Source: an uncultured Chthonomonadaceae bacterium (GTDB lineage Bacteria; Armatimonadota; Chthonomonadetes; Chthonomonadales; Chthonomonadaceae). Taken from it: a stretch of 21,306 nt of DNA. Shown one piece after another: positions 7,706-16,248 of the stretch (positions within the stretch are counted from its first letter, which is position 1; the number at the start of each line of letters is the position of its first letter). The translations under genes and the position numbers were made by a program. Location: positions 1-21,306 of the forward strand of contig CAWIEK010000027.1 of assembly GCA_963835065.1 (NCBI GenBank), written 5' to 3'. Below the pieces are notes generated by a model. That model had not been told where the DNA came from. It was given only the letters and a program-made list of their open reading frames with translations, and made no database searches.

Positions 7706-8359
7706 ATGGACGAGCAGGCGTATAGTGAGGCGCGGGAGCGCATGGTGCGGGAGCAGTTGCAGGCGCGCGGGATTGTAGACACGCGCGTTCTGGACGCCCT
7801 GCGCCGTGTCCCGCGCCATTTGTTTGTGCCAAAGGAACTGGCGGAGCGCGCGTATGCGGATCGCGCCCTGCCGATTGGGAACGGGCAGACGATTTCGCAG
7901 CCCTATATGGTGGCCTCGATTGCGCAAACGCTGGAATTGCGCGGGCATGAGCGCGTTCTGGACGTGGGCACGGGGTCGGGGTATCAGGCGGCGGTTCTGG
8001 CGGAACTGGCCGCACAGGTCGTCAGCATCGAGCGGCACGAAAGCCTGGCGGTAAGCGCCCGGCAAACGCTATTAGAAGCAGGCTATAGCGATGTGGCAGT
8101 GGTAGTCGGGGATGGGACGCAGGGCTATGCGGCAAATGCGCCGTATGATGCCATTGCCGTCGCCGCCGGTTCGCCGCAGGTTCCGAGCATGCTTGTGGCG
8201 CAGCTTGCCTCACCGGGACGGCTTGCGCTGCCGGTTGGAACAGCGGCGGCGCAGCGCCTGACCGTCCTTATCAAAGACGCGCAGGGTCAAATCACGACGC
8301 GAACGCTGGAGGAGTGCCAGTTTGTGCCTTTAATTGGCGAACAAGGCTGGAAGGAGTAG
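7706..8359 (+). CDS. pcm: Protein-L-isoaspartate(D-aspartate) O-methyltransferase
   Basis: VPRHLFV, AYADRALPIGNGQTISQPYMVA, VLDVGTGSGYQAAVL, GDGTQG..APYD, FVPL. Confidence 0.96.
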   Translation: MDEQAYSEARERMVREQLQARGIVDTRVLDALRRVPRHLFVPKELAERAYADRALPIGNGQTISQPYMVASIAQTLELRGHERVLDVGTGSGYQAAVLAELAAQVVSIERHESLAVSARQTLLEAGYSDVAVVVGDGTQGYAANAPYDAIAVAAGSPQVPSMLVAQLASPGRLALPVGTAAAQRLTVLIKDAQGQITTRTLEECQFVPLIGEQGWKE

Positions 8360-8490
8360 GGTATTCAGGTATTCAGGTGTTCAGGTATTCAGGTGTTGGG
8401 AGTTTAGTGGGTCGGCGTAACATTTCGATAGAATAGTACAGGCTTGTAGTTCCATTCCTGAACACCCGAACACCTGAATACCTGAATACC
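8360..8490. repeat. Palindromic octamer-arm element between pcm and kptA
   Basis: (GGTRTTCA)x4+GGTGTTGG at 8360-8399 and four inverted units at 8459-8490. 34-bp inverted repeat with 2 mismatches, starting directly after the pcm stop. Confidence 0.95.
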
Positions 8491-8500
8491 GGAGTTTCCT

Positions 8501-9064
8501 ATGAGTTTACTATCTTCCGAACAGCAGCGACAGTTGAGCAAGTTTATGTCCCTTGTACTGCGTCATGAGCCGCAGAAGATCGGGCTGACATTGGGCGCAG
8601 AGGGGTTTGTGCCGTTGGATGAGTTTGTCATAGCAGTACGCAGGCAACGCAACTGGCAGTGGATACGCGAGGAACACATCCGCGAAGTGGTGGAAGCCTC
8701 GGACAAGCAGCGCTATGAGATCGTGAACGGGCAGATACGGGCGCGGTACGGACATTCGGTTGCGGAAGCCGTCACGTACCCCGAAACCGATCCGCCCGCC
8801 ATTTTGTATCACGGCACGACGGCGCAAGCGGCGCAGGCGATTTTGCAGACCGGCTTGCAGTCCATGCAGCGCCAGTACGTACATTTGTCTTCTACGGTAG
8901 ACCAAGCGATTATCGTAGGCCGTCGGCGCACACCACATCCCGTAATCTTGACCATTCGAGCGCAGGACGCGCAGCAATCAGGCGTGAAGTTCTATAATCC
9001 CGAACCGCGCCTGTACCTGTCCACCACCATTCCGCCTGAGTTCATCCGCAGCAACCGTCCATGA
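8501..9064 (+). CDS. kptA: RNA 2'-phosphotransferase (Tpt1/KptA family)
   Basis: LSKFMSLVLRH, DKQRY, IRARYGHS, LYHGT, RQYVHLS. Confidence 0.95.
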   Translation: MSLLSSEQQRQLSKFMSLVLRHEPQKIGLTLGAEGFVPLDEFVIAVRRQRNWQWIREEHIREVVEASDKQRYEIVNGQIRARYGHSVAEAVTYPETDPPAILYHGTTAQAAQAILQTGLQSMQRQYVHLSSTVDQAIIVGRRRTPHPVILTIRAQDAQQSGVKFYNPEPRLYLSTTIPPEFIRSNRP

Positions 9065-9085
9065 ATACTATATCAGGCAGTAGGA

Positions 9086-9355
9086 GTGGCTTCTGTGAAC
9101 AACGATGATTTGATTCATGCTAAGATGGAAGAAATGTTTTGTACCCGTCCATGGAGGGGGGTAGTTTCTGTTGACGAGGCGCTTGCTTACGCAATCCACT
9201 ATCGTGATTGCCTGCCTCCCGCAGAACAGGAACTCTACGATGAACAGATACTGAGTGGACGGCATCCGAGCAATGCGCAAGAACTAATAGAGATCATGCG
9301 TGAACGGGGCTATTTTGCCACAAAGGAACTGGCGACAACGGCAGCAGGGGTGTAG
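9086..9355 (+). CDS. Small hypothetical protein (start may be GTG 9095)
   Basis: ORF with protein-like composition directly after kptA; AGGAG at 9082-9086. Confidence 0.5.
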   Translation: MASVNNDDLIHAKMEEMFCTRPWRGVVSVDEALAYAIHYRDCLPPAEQELYDEQILSGRHPSNAQELIEIMRERGYFATKELATTAAGV

Positions 9356-9367
9356 GAAGGAAACAGC

Positions 9368-9750
9368 GTGTTCATCTTTCGTTTCCCACAAAGGAAGCAT
9401 TTTGGCATCATGGCGGATAGTTTGGCGGCGCCGGCATTGCTGATGGGCGTTGGCGTGGCGCGAACGCGAGGGTACAGCCGATTGCCGAAAGCGGCAGAAG
9501 CGATGGCTTCCCATCCGACATTGCGCAGATGACGCGGGGCATTGACGCGCAGAACATCGAGCGGACGATTCACGCGCTTGTCGTCTTTGGAACGCGCAAC
9601 ACGCTGTCCACGCAAATCGATCCGAAACAGGGCATCAGCGCGGCAAGGGACTGGATGACCGGGGAGTTTCGTAAAATCGCCGCGCCGTCGGATGAACGCA
9701 TGACCGTCGAATTGCAATCTTTTGTGAAACGGGTACCCTTTCAATCATGA
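9368..9750 (+). pseudogene. Truncated, frameshifted N-terminal remnant of an M28 peptidase paralog
   Basis: IDAQNIERTIHALVVFGTRNTLS...GISAARDW aligns by eye with IQADNIERTIRKLVSFGTRNTLS...GIGAARDW of the next gene. A leader-like segment upstream is in another frame. Confidence 0.8.
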
Positions 9751-11165
9751 AAATCAGAACTATTTCTCTTTCACTTTTCTGCATCGCCGTTGTGCTGATA
9801 AGTTGTCCCATGTCTCTCGCGCGCGGTCAAGAGAAAGTAATTGCGGCACAGTCCTCTGCACCGATCACTCCCATCCAGGAGCATAGTGACCCCAACATCC
9901 TGCGCATCCTGCACGATATTCAGGCCGACAACATCGAACGCACCATCCGAAAACTCGTCTCGTTTGGAACGCGGAACACGCTGTCGGTTCAGGATAACCC
10001 ACAGCGAGGCATTGGCGCGGCCCGCGATTGGCTATATAGTGAGTTTGTCAATCTGCGAGCTGCGTCCGGCAATCGGCTGCGCGTTGAAAAGCAAACCTTT
10101 ATCCAGCCCGTTGCGGCCCGCGTTCCACAGCCGACGCCCCTGACCAACATTGTGGCCGTGCTTCCCGGCGATCTGCCGCAGGGCCAGGAAAGATATATCA
10201 TCGTCAGCGGGCATTACAACTCAATATGTACCAGCCCGACCAACGCAATTGATGATGCGCCGGGAGCCAATGATGATGCCAGTGGCGTTGCCGTGGTGCT
10301 GGAAACAGCCCGTGTCATGAGCCAATATCGCTTTCACGCTACCCTCGTCTTCTTGACCGTGGCAGGTGAGGAGCAGGGCTTGCTCGGCTCCACATACTTT
10401 GCGGCGCAGGCGAAACAAAACGGCTGGCGGATCGAGGCTATGTTCACAGACGACATCGTGGGCGGCACAAAAGGTGGCAACGGCGTTCACGACGACCGGA
10501 CTGTTCGCGTTTTTTCGGAAGGTATCGCCTCGAACGAAACAGACGCGGAGGCCCGAACACGGCGCTCCGTCGGCGGCGAAGAGGACGCGCCCTCTCGCCA
10601 GATCGCCCGCTATATTCAAGAGGCCGCCCACCGTTACATTCCCCACATGCGCGTGATGCTGATTGCGCGCCGTGACCGTTATCTGCGCGGCGGCGACCAC
10701 ATCCCCTTCAACGAACAGGGCTTTCCTGCCGTTCGCTTTACGGAACCCAACGAAGACTACCATCATCAGCACCAGAACGTGCGAACCGAAAACGGCATCG
10801 TCTACGGCGATTTGCTGGAGTTCGACGATTTTCCTTATATCGCCAATGTCGCTCGCGTCAATGCCGCCGCCCTTGCTGCCCTCGCGCTGGCTCCCGACAC
10901 GCCGCAGGGCGCAGGGCTTGTCACACGGCGGCTGACTACGGATACCGATTTGGAGTGGAAAGCCAACGGCGAGTCGAATATCGCAGGCTATGAAATTGTG
11001 TGGCGCGAAACAACGGCCCCGCTGTGGACGCATAGCCGCTTTATTGGCAACGCCACAAAGTATACCGTTGAGGGTTTGTCCAAAGACAACTTTATTTTTG
11101 GCATCCGAGCCGTTGACAGTTCAGGGCGTCGCAGCCCCGTCGCTTATCCTCACCCTGTTCGCTAG
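9747..11165 (+). CDS. Secreted M28 family metallopeptidase with a C-terminal FN3-like domain
   Basis: Signal peptide; SGHYNS, PGANDDASG, AGEEQGLLGS, DIVG, GDHIPF; C-terminal LEW..GYEI..YTVEGL..FGIRAVD. Confidence 0.92.
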   Translation: MKIRTISLSLFCIAVVLISCPMSLARGQEKVIAAQSSAPITPIQEHSDPNILRILHDIQADNIERTIRKLVSFGTRNTLSVQDNPQRGIGAARDWLYSEFVNLRAASGNRLRVEKQTFIQPVAARVPQPTPLTNIVAVLPGDLPQGQERYIIVSGHYNSICTSPTNAIDDAPGANDDASGVAVVLETARVMSQYRFHATLVFLTVAGEEQGLLGSTYFAAQAKQNGWRIEAMFTDDIVGGTKGGNGVHDDRTVRVFSEGIASNETDAEARTRRSVGGEEDAPSRQIARYIQEAAHRYIPHMRVMLIARRDRYLRGGDHIPFNEQGFPAVRFTEPNEDYHHQHQNVRTENGIVYGDLLEFDDFPYIANVARVNAAALAALALAPDTPQGAGLVTRRLTTDTDLEWKANGESNIAGYEIVWRETTAPLWTHSRFIGNATKYTVEGLSKDNFIFGIRAVDSSGRRSPVAYPHPVR

Positions 11166-11350
11166 CGTATCAAACCTGTATCGCGACCATTGACAGCCTG
11201 CCCGCCCCCGGCAAGTCGTGGCGTCCCGTGTTGATCGCCCAGATCACGGCGACATGGCTGGCAGTGGCCGTCACTGTGATGGTGGAGGTTCGCAAACGAC
11301 GCAAAGCCGCGGCTTTGGGGGCAGAGAATACACAGGAGCAACCCGCCTGA
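11166..11350 (+). pseudogene. Possible headless C-terminal remnant of a membrane protein
   Basis: Frame reads ...IATIDSLPAPGKSWRPVLIAQITATWLAVAVTVMVEVRKRRKAAALGAENTQEQPA-stop: a hydrophobic helix followed by a basic cluster, with no convincing start. Confidence 0.4.
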
Positions 11351-11401
11351 ACCAGGCACCGTGTACGGGTAAGCACATAGTGAGTAAGGAAAAGCGAGAA
11401 A

Positions 11402-11959
11402 ATGCAACAAACCTTTGAAGAAATTGAACAGCCTTTACAAACCTTGCCCGCACTCAACCTTACGCCACCACAGATGCAGACCCTCCCAAAACAGCCTCGT
11501 AAGCGCGTCGTAAGTAAGGGCGAATACGTTGTCAAGACAACGCTCGCCATAGGATTCAGTGGAGGTCTGATTGTTTGCGGCCTGTTCCTGGCGTTGTGGC
11601 TGCTGTGTCTTCCCGTTTTTATGCGTGAGGACGAAAAAGAACGAAGGATATGTATCGCGCATGGGTTTGATTGTGCTAATGACCCTAGCACTTTAAGTAT
11701 TACGATACCAGTCTGCTTCTGCATGCTTCTTATTGGTTTGTGCTTTTGGTGGGCCACTCGGAAAAGTTGGAGAACTGTGGACGCGATGCGGCCTATAACT
11801 CGCGCCAACACCGCCGACCTGCCCGCACCAGAAAGCCTGGTGCGGGCCTCTGCGAAACCGATCCAGGAACAAGAGGCCGTGCTGCTGCGAGCCGTTGCCG
11901 ACGCTCAGGAGAGGCACGAGGAGCAGTTGGTGCGGGCTATGGAAGGAACACAGGAGTAA
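11402..11959 (+). CDS. Hypothetical two-TM membrane protein
   Basis: Two hydrophobic helices; C-terminal repeated LVRAS/LLRAV/LVRAM motif; AAGGA upstream. Confidence 0.75.
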   Translation: MQQTFEEIEQPLQTLPALNLTPPQMQTLPKQPRKRVVSKGEYVVKTTLAIGFSGGLIVCGLFLALWLLCLPVFMREDEKERRICIAHGFDCANDPSTLSITIPVCFCMLLIGLCFWWATRKSWRTVDAMRPITRANTADLPAPESLVRASAKPIQEQEAVLLRAVADAQERHEEQLVRAMEGTQE

Positions 11960-11974
11960 GGAGAAGGGCGCTTA

Positions 11975-12117
11975 CTTTGCGCCGCGCGTTCCAGGGCGGC
12001 AATGAGTTGCCGATTGAGCGCATATTGCTGCCGCTCCCGATGCAGCCATACGCCACAGGCGGCACACAGCGCAAGCACAACAGTTATGGAGAGCAGCAAG
12101 GCGCGTCGTGATTTCAT
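11975..12117 (-). pseudogene. Truncated N-terminal remnant of a membrane-anchored protein
   Basis: GGAG then MKSRRALLLSITVVLALCAACGVWLHRERQQYALNRQLIAAL, after which the frame runs into the convergent gene. Confidence 0.5.
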
Positions 12118-12299
12118 GAGCGCAAGTTCTCCATTGGAGCGGAGGGTTCCTGCGCGAGATTGGCCTGTCTTCCCTGCAAAATGCCAAAAAGTTGTGAACT
12201 CCTGCCGATTTTCAACGTCAACATAGGCACGAATCGCTTGCGAACAGACAAAGCAGAAAAGTATGCGGGCGAGCAGGAATTTTGTACAGGAGAAGCGAA

Positions 12300-13097
12300 A
12301 TGAAAACATGGCGAATGGTTCTGACAGCGGGATTGCTGGCGACGAGCGTGACGGCGTGGGCGCAAACGGGCGGGCAGAGCGGCGATACTTTCGGCAGCCC
12401 CGACATTTACAACACGGGCAAAACCGGCAGCAAAACCCTGCCGCCCGCGGGAGCCAATCCTTCCACAAACTCCTCAACAAACTCTGTGACGAACCCTGCT
12501 GGAAGCGCGTCGGCAAATTCGCCTTACAAGCGAGCGCTTCAGGAAATCTACAACAAGTGCGTGGCGGCGACCAAAAAACGGGATAAATCGGTTCTCGCGG
12601 CCTTGCGTACGCAGGATTTTACGTTCCGGGACGCGAAAGGCAAAGTAATGTCGCGGGGGGATGTGGAAGCCGGCGAACGGCTCACGCTCACCAACGCCGT
12701 TTCCATTGATAAGGTCAGCAGCCAGGTGGAAAGCGTCCAAACAAGCGGCGGCAAAGTGACCGCGACGCTGCACCACTATTACGCGGAAACCGCCAACGAC
12801 GCGCAAAATAAGCCGCACAAAATGGCGCTGACTACCAATTCGCAGGAAGTCTGGACGACGGCAGGCAATGCCTGGAAACTGCAAAGCGTGAAGGTGCTGT
12901 CGCAGCAGGAAACCGTAGACGGCAAGCCCTACGATCCCAACGCGCAAAACAACACCAACAAACAAACCAATAATCAGAACAACGGGAACAGGCAGGCAGG
13001 CAGAAACAACAGGTACAACGGCTACAATGGCTATCGCGCCCCGCGCATCAAAACACCTAAAATACGCACCTTCGGCGGCAACATCATTGGGGGATAG
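12300..13097 (+). CDS. Secreted protein with a probable NTF2/SnoaL-like (DUF4440-like) domain
   Basis: AGGAG ribosome-binding site, signal peptide ending AWA-Q, AALRTQDFTFRDAKGKVMSR and EVW...WKL pattern, N/Q-rich tail. Confidence 0.75.
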   Translation: MKTWRMVLTAGLLATSVTAWAQTGGQSGDTFGSPDIYNTGKTGSKTLPPAGANPSTNSSTNSVTNPAGSASANSPYKRALQEIYNKCVAATKKRDKSVLAALRTQDFTFRDAKGKVMSRGDVEAGERLTLTNAVSIDKVSSQVESVQTSGGKVTATLHHYYAETANDAQNKPHKMALTTNSQEVWTTAGNAWKLQSVKVLSQQETVDGKPYDPNAQNNTNKQTNNQNNGNRQAGRNNRYNGYNGYRAPRIKTPKIRTFGGNIIGG

Positions 13098-13187
13098 CGG
13101 CCCGGAGCAAACACAAACGGACCGTGTTGTTGTTCGCCCGTAGTTCCTTACCACTCTTTTCAATTACGAAGCGGAGACAAACGCGCC

Positions 13188-14117
13188 ATGTTCAAACCGT
13201 CGCGCAAGGAAGCGGCAGGAGTCATTGCAGTCATCGTCGTGTTCGGCCTGGCGCTGACCGGGCTGATCGTCAAAAGTATGCGGGCGGCAACCGAACCCGG
13301 CATCACGCTGCGCGAAACGTTCGCGCAGCCGCCGGGTGGCCCGCTTCCCGGTCGTCCTGCCGCAGCCTCTATTCCGACAAATACGCCTTCCTCTTCCGGC
13401 GTAAATGTTTCGTCCTCACCCCCGTCCACGCCTTCAACCGCTTCCCCGTCGGCGGCATCAACGTCTGCAATTTCGCCTACTGATGCAGGCCCGTCGCCGA
13501 ATAGAGAAGGCGCAAATGCGGGCAATGCTTCCACTCCCGCCAATTCCACGAATGACATTGTGGTGCATGTGGCGGGCGCGGTGAAAAAGCCGGGCGTGTA
13601 CCATTTGCCTGCCGGGTCGCGCAACAATGACGCCATTCAAAAAGCGGGTGGGCCGACAGCCGAAGCGAATACGGACGGCCTCAATCTGGCGTCCCGCGTT
13701 GAGGACGGCAGCCAGCTTTATCTTCCCACGCGCAAACAGCACCCCGAAGGCGGCGCGGACGCCCCCACAACCACGTCTACGTCGGCTCCCATTTCCGCCG
13801 TCTCTTCCCCTGCCACCAAAACAAGCGGTAAGTCAGCTTCCAAAACCGCAGCACAGAGCGGCGCGAAAACAGCAGGCGGGGCAAAGGGCGGCAAGGGCGG
13901 CAAACTCAGCGATCCGGCGCAGGGAACCGTCAATATCAACACGGCAAGCGCGGAAGAACTTCAGCGCATCCCCGGCATCGGCCCCGCAATGGCCGAGCGC
14001 ATCCTCGACTTCCGCAAGCAAAACGGCAAATTCACCGCTCCCGAAGACATGCTGCAAATATCGGGCATCGGCGAAAAGAAATTCGCCAAAATGCAACCCT
14101 TTGTTCGCGTACGCTAA
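13188..14117 (+). CDS. comEA: ComEA-family competence DNA-binding protein (TM, SLBB, HhH)
   Basis: IVVHVAGAVKKPGVY..GSR..AGG, VNINTASAEELQRIPGIGPAMAERI, ISGIGEK. Confidence 0.93.
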   Translation: MFKPSRKEAAGVIAVIVVFGLALTGLIVKSMRAATEPGITLRETFAQPPGGPLPGRPAAASIPTNTPSSSGVNVSSSPPSTPSTASPSAASTSAISPTDAGPSPNREGANAGNASTPANSTNDIVVHVAGAVKKPGVYHLPAGSRNNDAIQKAGGPTAEANTDGLNLASRVEDGSQLYLPTRKQHPEGGADAPTTTSTSAPISAVSSPATKTSGKSASKTAAQSGAKTAGGAKGGKGGKLSDPAQGTVNINTASAEELQRIPGIGPAMAERILDFRKQNGKFTAPEDMLQISGIGEKKFAKMQPFVRVR

Positions 14118-14128
14118 GAACCAGCACC

Positions 14129-14755
14129 ATGATGGACACTGCAACAAAAACACAGACTCGGCGATTGCTGATTACCCTCGCGCAAAAGCGGCAGCGAAAA
14201 GGTAACGGCAGTGACGCCGCCTTTCTTCAAGAAAGAACAACGCGCATGTTGTTTCCCAATCCCGCATCCCTCCTTGCGCCCCTGCGTTGGGCCGTCATTG
14301 GAGCCGCCGCCACTCGCCTGTACATGCCGGAACGCGCCACAAATGATTTAGACATCCTCATACGAGTTCAGGATGCAAACGCGGCGCGAACGAAACTGAC
14401 ACAGGCTGGCGCTGCTTACAAGTCCGAGTTGACAATTGGAGGAAGTTCGTGGATTTTGGCGAACGGTTTTCCTCTGGACGTAATCGAGTGCCGGGAAGCG
14501 TGGGCGGAAACAGCATTGGAGCAGGCACAAACCAATATGGATACGCAGGGTATGCCCATTGTTCCGCTTCCCTATCTGGTGCTGATGAAGTTTCAAGCCA
14601 GCCGCGTTCAGGATTTGGCGGACATTACGCGCATGTTGGGTCAAGCCTCCGCAGAGCAATTAGATGCGACGCGGGTCGTGTTTCGTCAATGGATACCGGA
14701 CGAAGCCGAAGATTTGGAAAGTCTCGTCATGCTCGGCCAGTTAGAAATGAAGTAG
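14129..14755 (+). CDS. Nucleotidyltransferase-fold hypothetical protein
   Basis: WAVIGAAA..Y..RATNDLDIL, LDVI, LVLMK..R.QD..DI pattern. Confidence 0.7.
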   Translation: MMDTATKTQTRRLLITLAQKRQRKGNGSDAAFLQERTTRMLFPNPASLLAPLRWAVIGAAATRLYMPERATNDLDILIRVQDANAARTKLTQAGAAYKSELTIGGSSWILANGFPLDVIECREAWAETALEQAQTNMDTQGMPIVPLPYLVLMKFQASRVQDLADITRMLGQASAEQLDATRVVFRQWIPDEAEDLESLVMLGQLEMK

Positions 14756-14838
14756 CTTTTGTCTGATCCTAATCTTGGTCGGCGTAGAAGAATACGGGAA
14801 CTATGATTTCGTTGACGCGATGGGTGAGGCGCAGGCGT

Positions 14839-15498
14839 ATGAACGTGGTGAAGGGGTTTGGCAAGGGCGCAAAGGAGACAGTTCTGCGCCTGACGTTGTG
14901 CGATACCAATGCCGATATGACCGACGCATGGCTGGACAGCTTTTTCGGCGTGGACGGGGTTGAAATCGTGCAGGGCGATTTGCTGGATGCCGCCGAGGAT
15001 GCGGTTGTGTCGCCCGCCAACAGCTTCGGGGATATGAGCGGCGGCGTGGACAAGCGCATTGACGACTTTTACCGGGGCGCGGCGCAGGAGTGGATCACAC
15101 AGGCCATACGCGAACAATTCTTGGGTGAACTGCCGGTCGGCATGGCGCTTGTCGTTGCCATGCCCGACAGCCGTATCCCATTCGTGGTTGCGGCTCCCAC
15201 CATGCGCGTCCCGCAGCCCGTGCCCGACAGCATCAACGCCTACCTCGCCCTCCGCGCCGCCCTCGTCGCCGTCACGCGCCACAACGCCCAAAACATTCAA
15301 AACACTCGCCCCGTCCACAGCCTCGCGGTTCCAGGCTTATGTACAGGCGTCGGCGGCATGTCGCCTGCCCTCGCCGCCCGTCAAATGCGCGCGGCCTACG
15401 ACAATATCATAGGCGAAGGCTGGAAACAGGTAGAACATCCCGCAATGGCTCCCTTCGCGCTGAACCGCAAAATTCTCACATGGCGCGACACGCCGTAG
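14839..15498 (+). CDS. Macro domain protein (ADP-ribose binding/hydrolase); start uncertain
   Basis: [41 protein letters not shown]. Confidence 0.9.
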   Translation: MNVVKGFGKGAKETVLRLTLCDTNADMTDAWLDSFFGVDGVEIVQGDLLDAAEDAVVSPANSFGDMSGGVDKRIDDFYRGAAQEWITQAIREQFLGELPVGMALVVAMPDSRIPFVVAAPTMRVPQPVPDSINAYLALRAALVAVTRHNAQNIQNTRPVHSLAVPGLCTGVGGMSPALAARQMRAAYDNIIGEGWKQVEHPAMAPFALNRKILTWRDTP

Positions 15499-15578
15499 CA
15501 CTTGACCGTGACGTTTTTGCGGAACGCCTTAACGGTTTCCACGCTGATGATCTTGCCGCTAATCGCCGCCTGTATCCG
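15483..15578 (-). pseudogene. lepA: Orphan fragment of the lepA (EF4) C-terminal domain
   Basis: Manual translation [32 protein letters not shown] matches the LepA signature IQAAIGGKIIARETVKAxRKxVxAKCYGGDxSR, with GD missing. Confidence 0.85.
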
Positions 15579-15582
15579 AGCG

Positions 15583-15837
15583 TTACGGCGCTTCTCCAGC
15601 CACAGCAGGAATTAACCAGACATTAAGTTGTTCATCCAGGCTCAACTGCGTTTCCACATCCGCAAGTGCGTCGTAGTATTCAAATGTACTTGACGGCTGT
15701 GCGCTGGGAAGAACAGGGACGTACCAGGTGTTGTTTTCGTGACGGATACCCTGCGCCACAACGGCAAGATTGACGCCGCCGGGGTGCTGATACTGCAAGC
15801 GTTCCTGAATCAGTTCAAGCACTTGTTCTTTACTCAT
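15583..15837 (-). CDS. Small hypothetical protein coupled to the HEPN gene (putative partner/antitoxin)
   Basis: 84-aa ORF overlapping the 3' end of the HEPN gene by 8 nt; GGAG upstream. Confidence 0.7.
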   Translation of the reverse strand: MSKEQVLELIQERLQYQHPGGVNLAVVAQGIRHENNTWYVPVLPSAQPSSTFEYYDALADVETQLSLDEQLNVWLIPAVAGEAP

Positions 15838-16210
15838 TGAGAACTCCTAACTCGCGCAAAACAAAACTGGCATCGCGCAAAAAGCGAATAGCATCCGGGC
15901 GGTCAATCGGCGTATGAGGCCGATAATCAACATTTTCTCTGGCGGTGCGCAAGCGCCGAACCGCTCGGTTTAGTGGAAAGCGCAAAGCACGGGGCAGACG
16001 CATGGTGTTCAGAATCAACTCTGGTAGTTGATCATGTGCAGGGTTATTCCACCCATGCGCGAACTGCACTCCCTGCGCGACTAATTCAGCCGTTACCGCA
16101 CAGTAAGCCGCATAGTAGGCTCGGCTAACGCTGCTGCGCAGATGGCCTTCATTCAGCAGTTTTGTCGCCGCCTGAAAATTGTCGCTGCTCAACTCCTGCC
16201 ATGTTGCCAC
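15830..16210 (-). CDS. HEPN domain protein
   Basis: A..LL..G..RSSVSRAYYAAY, conserved H, and the RENVDY (RxxxDY) motif. Confidence 0.85.
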   Translation of the reverse strand: MATWQELSSDNFQAATKLLNEGHLRSSVSRAYYAAYCAVTAELVAQGVQFAHGWNNPAHDQLPELILNTMRLPRALRFPLNRAVRRLRTARENVDYRPHTPIDRPDAIRFLRDASFVLRELGVLNE

Positions 16211-16248
16211 TGTTTTATCCTGCTGTCAATCTGCTCTGAGAATGGAGA

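Noticed and set aside
5950..7717. lysS and pcm both begin MDEQ just after a palindromic element
   Set aside because: Only about 11 nt of identity and kptA does not share it, so coincidence is likely.
5810..8490. CRISPR array or integron attC interpretation of the repeat-spacer elements
   Set aside because: The repeats are inverted, differ between elements and are not regularly interspaced. No cas gene, integrase or RYYYAAC/GTTRRRY ends are seen.
10221..11033. Long antisense ORFs (also 6212-6850, 12474-13163, 14686-15318)
   Set aside because: Shadow ORFs opposite well-supported genes in GC-rich DNA.
11290..11320. GCAAAC...GACGCAAAGCC resembling a c-di-GMP-I riboswitch
   Set aside because: The GAAA-capped stem between the two motifs is absent, and the sequence is explained as RKRRKA codons.
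14756..14880. Alternative frame [21 protein letters not shown] as a gene remnant
   Set aside because: Too short, with no motif I can assign confidently.
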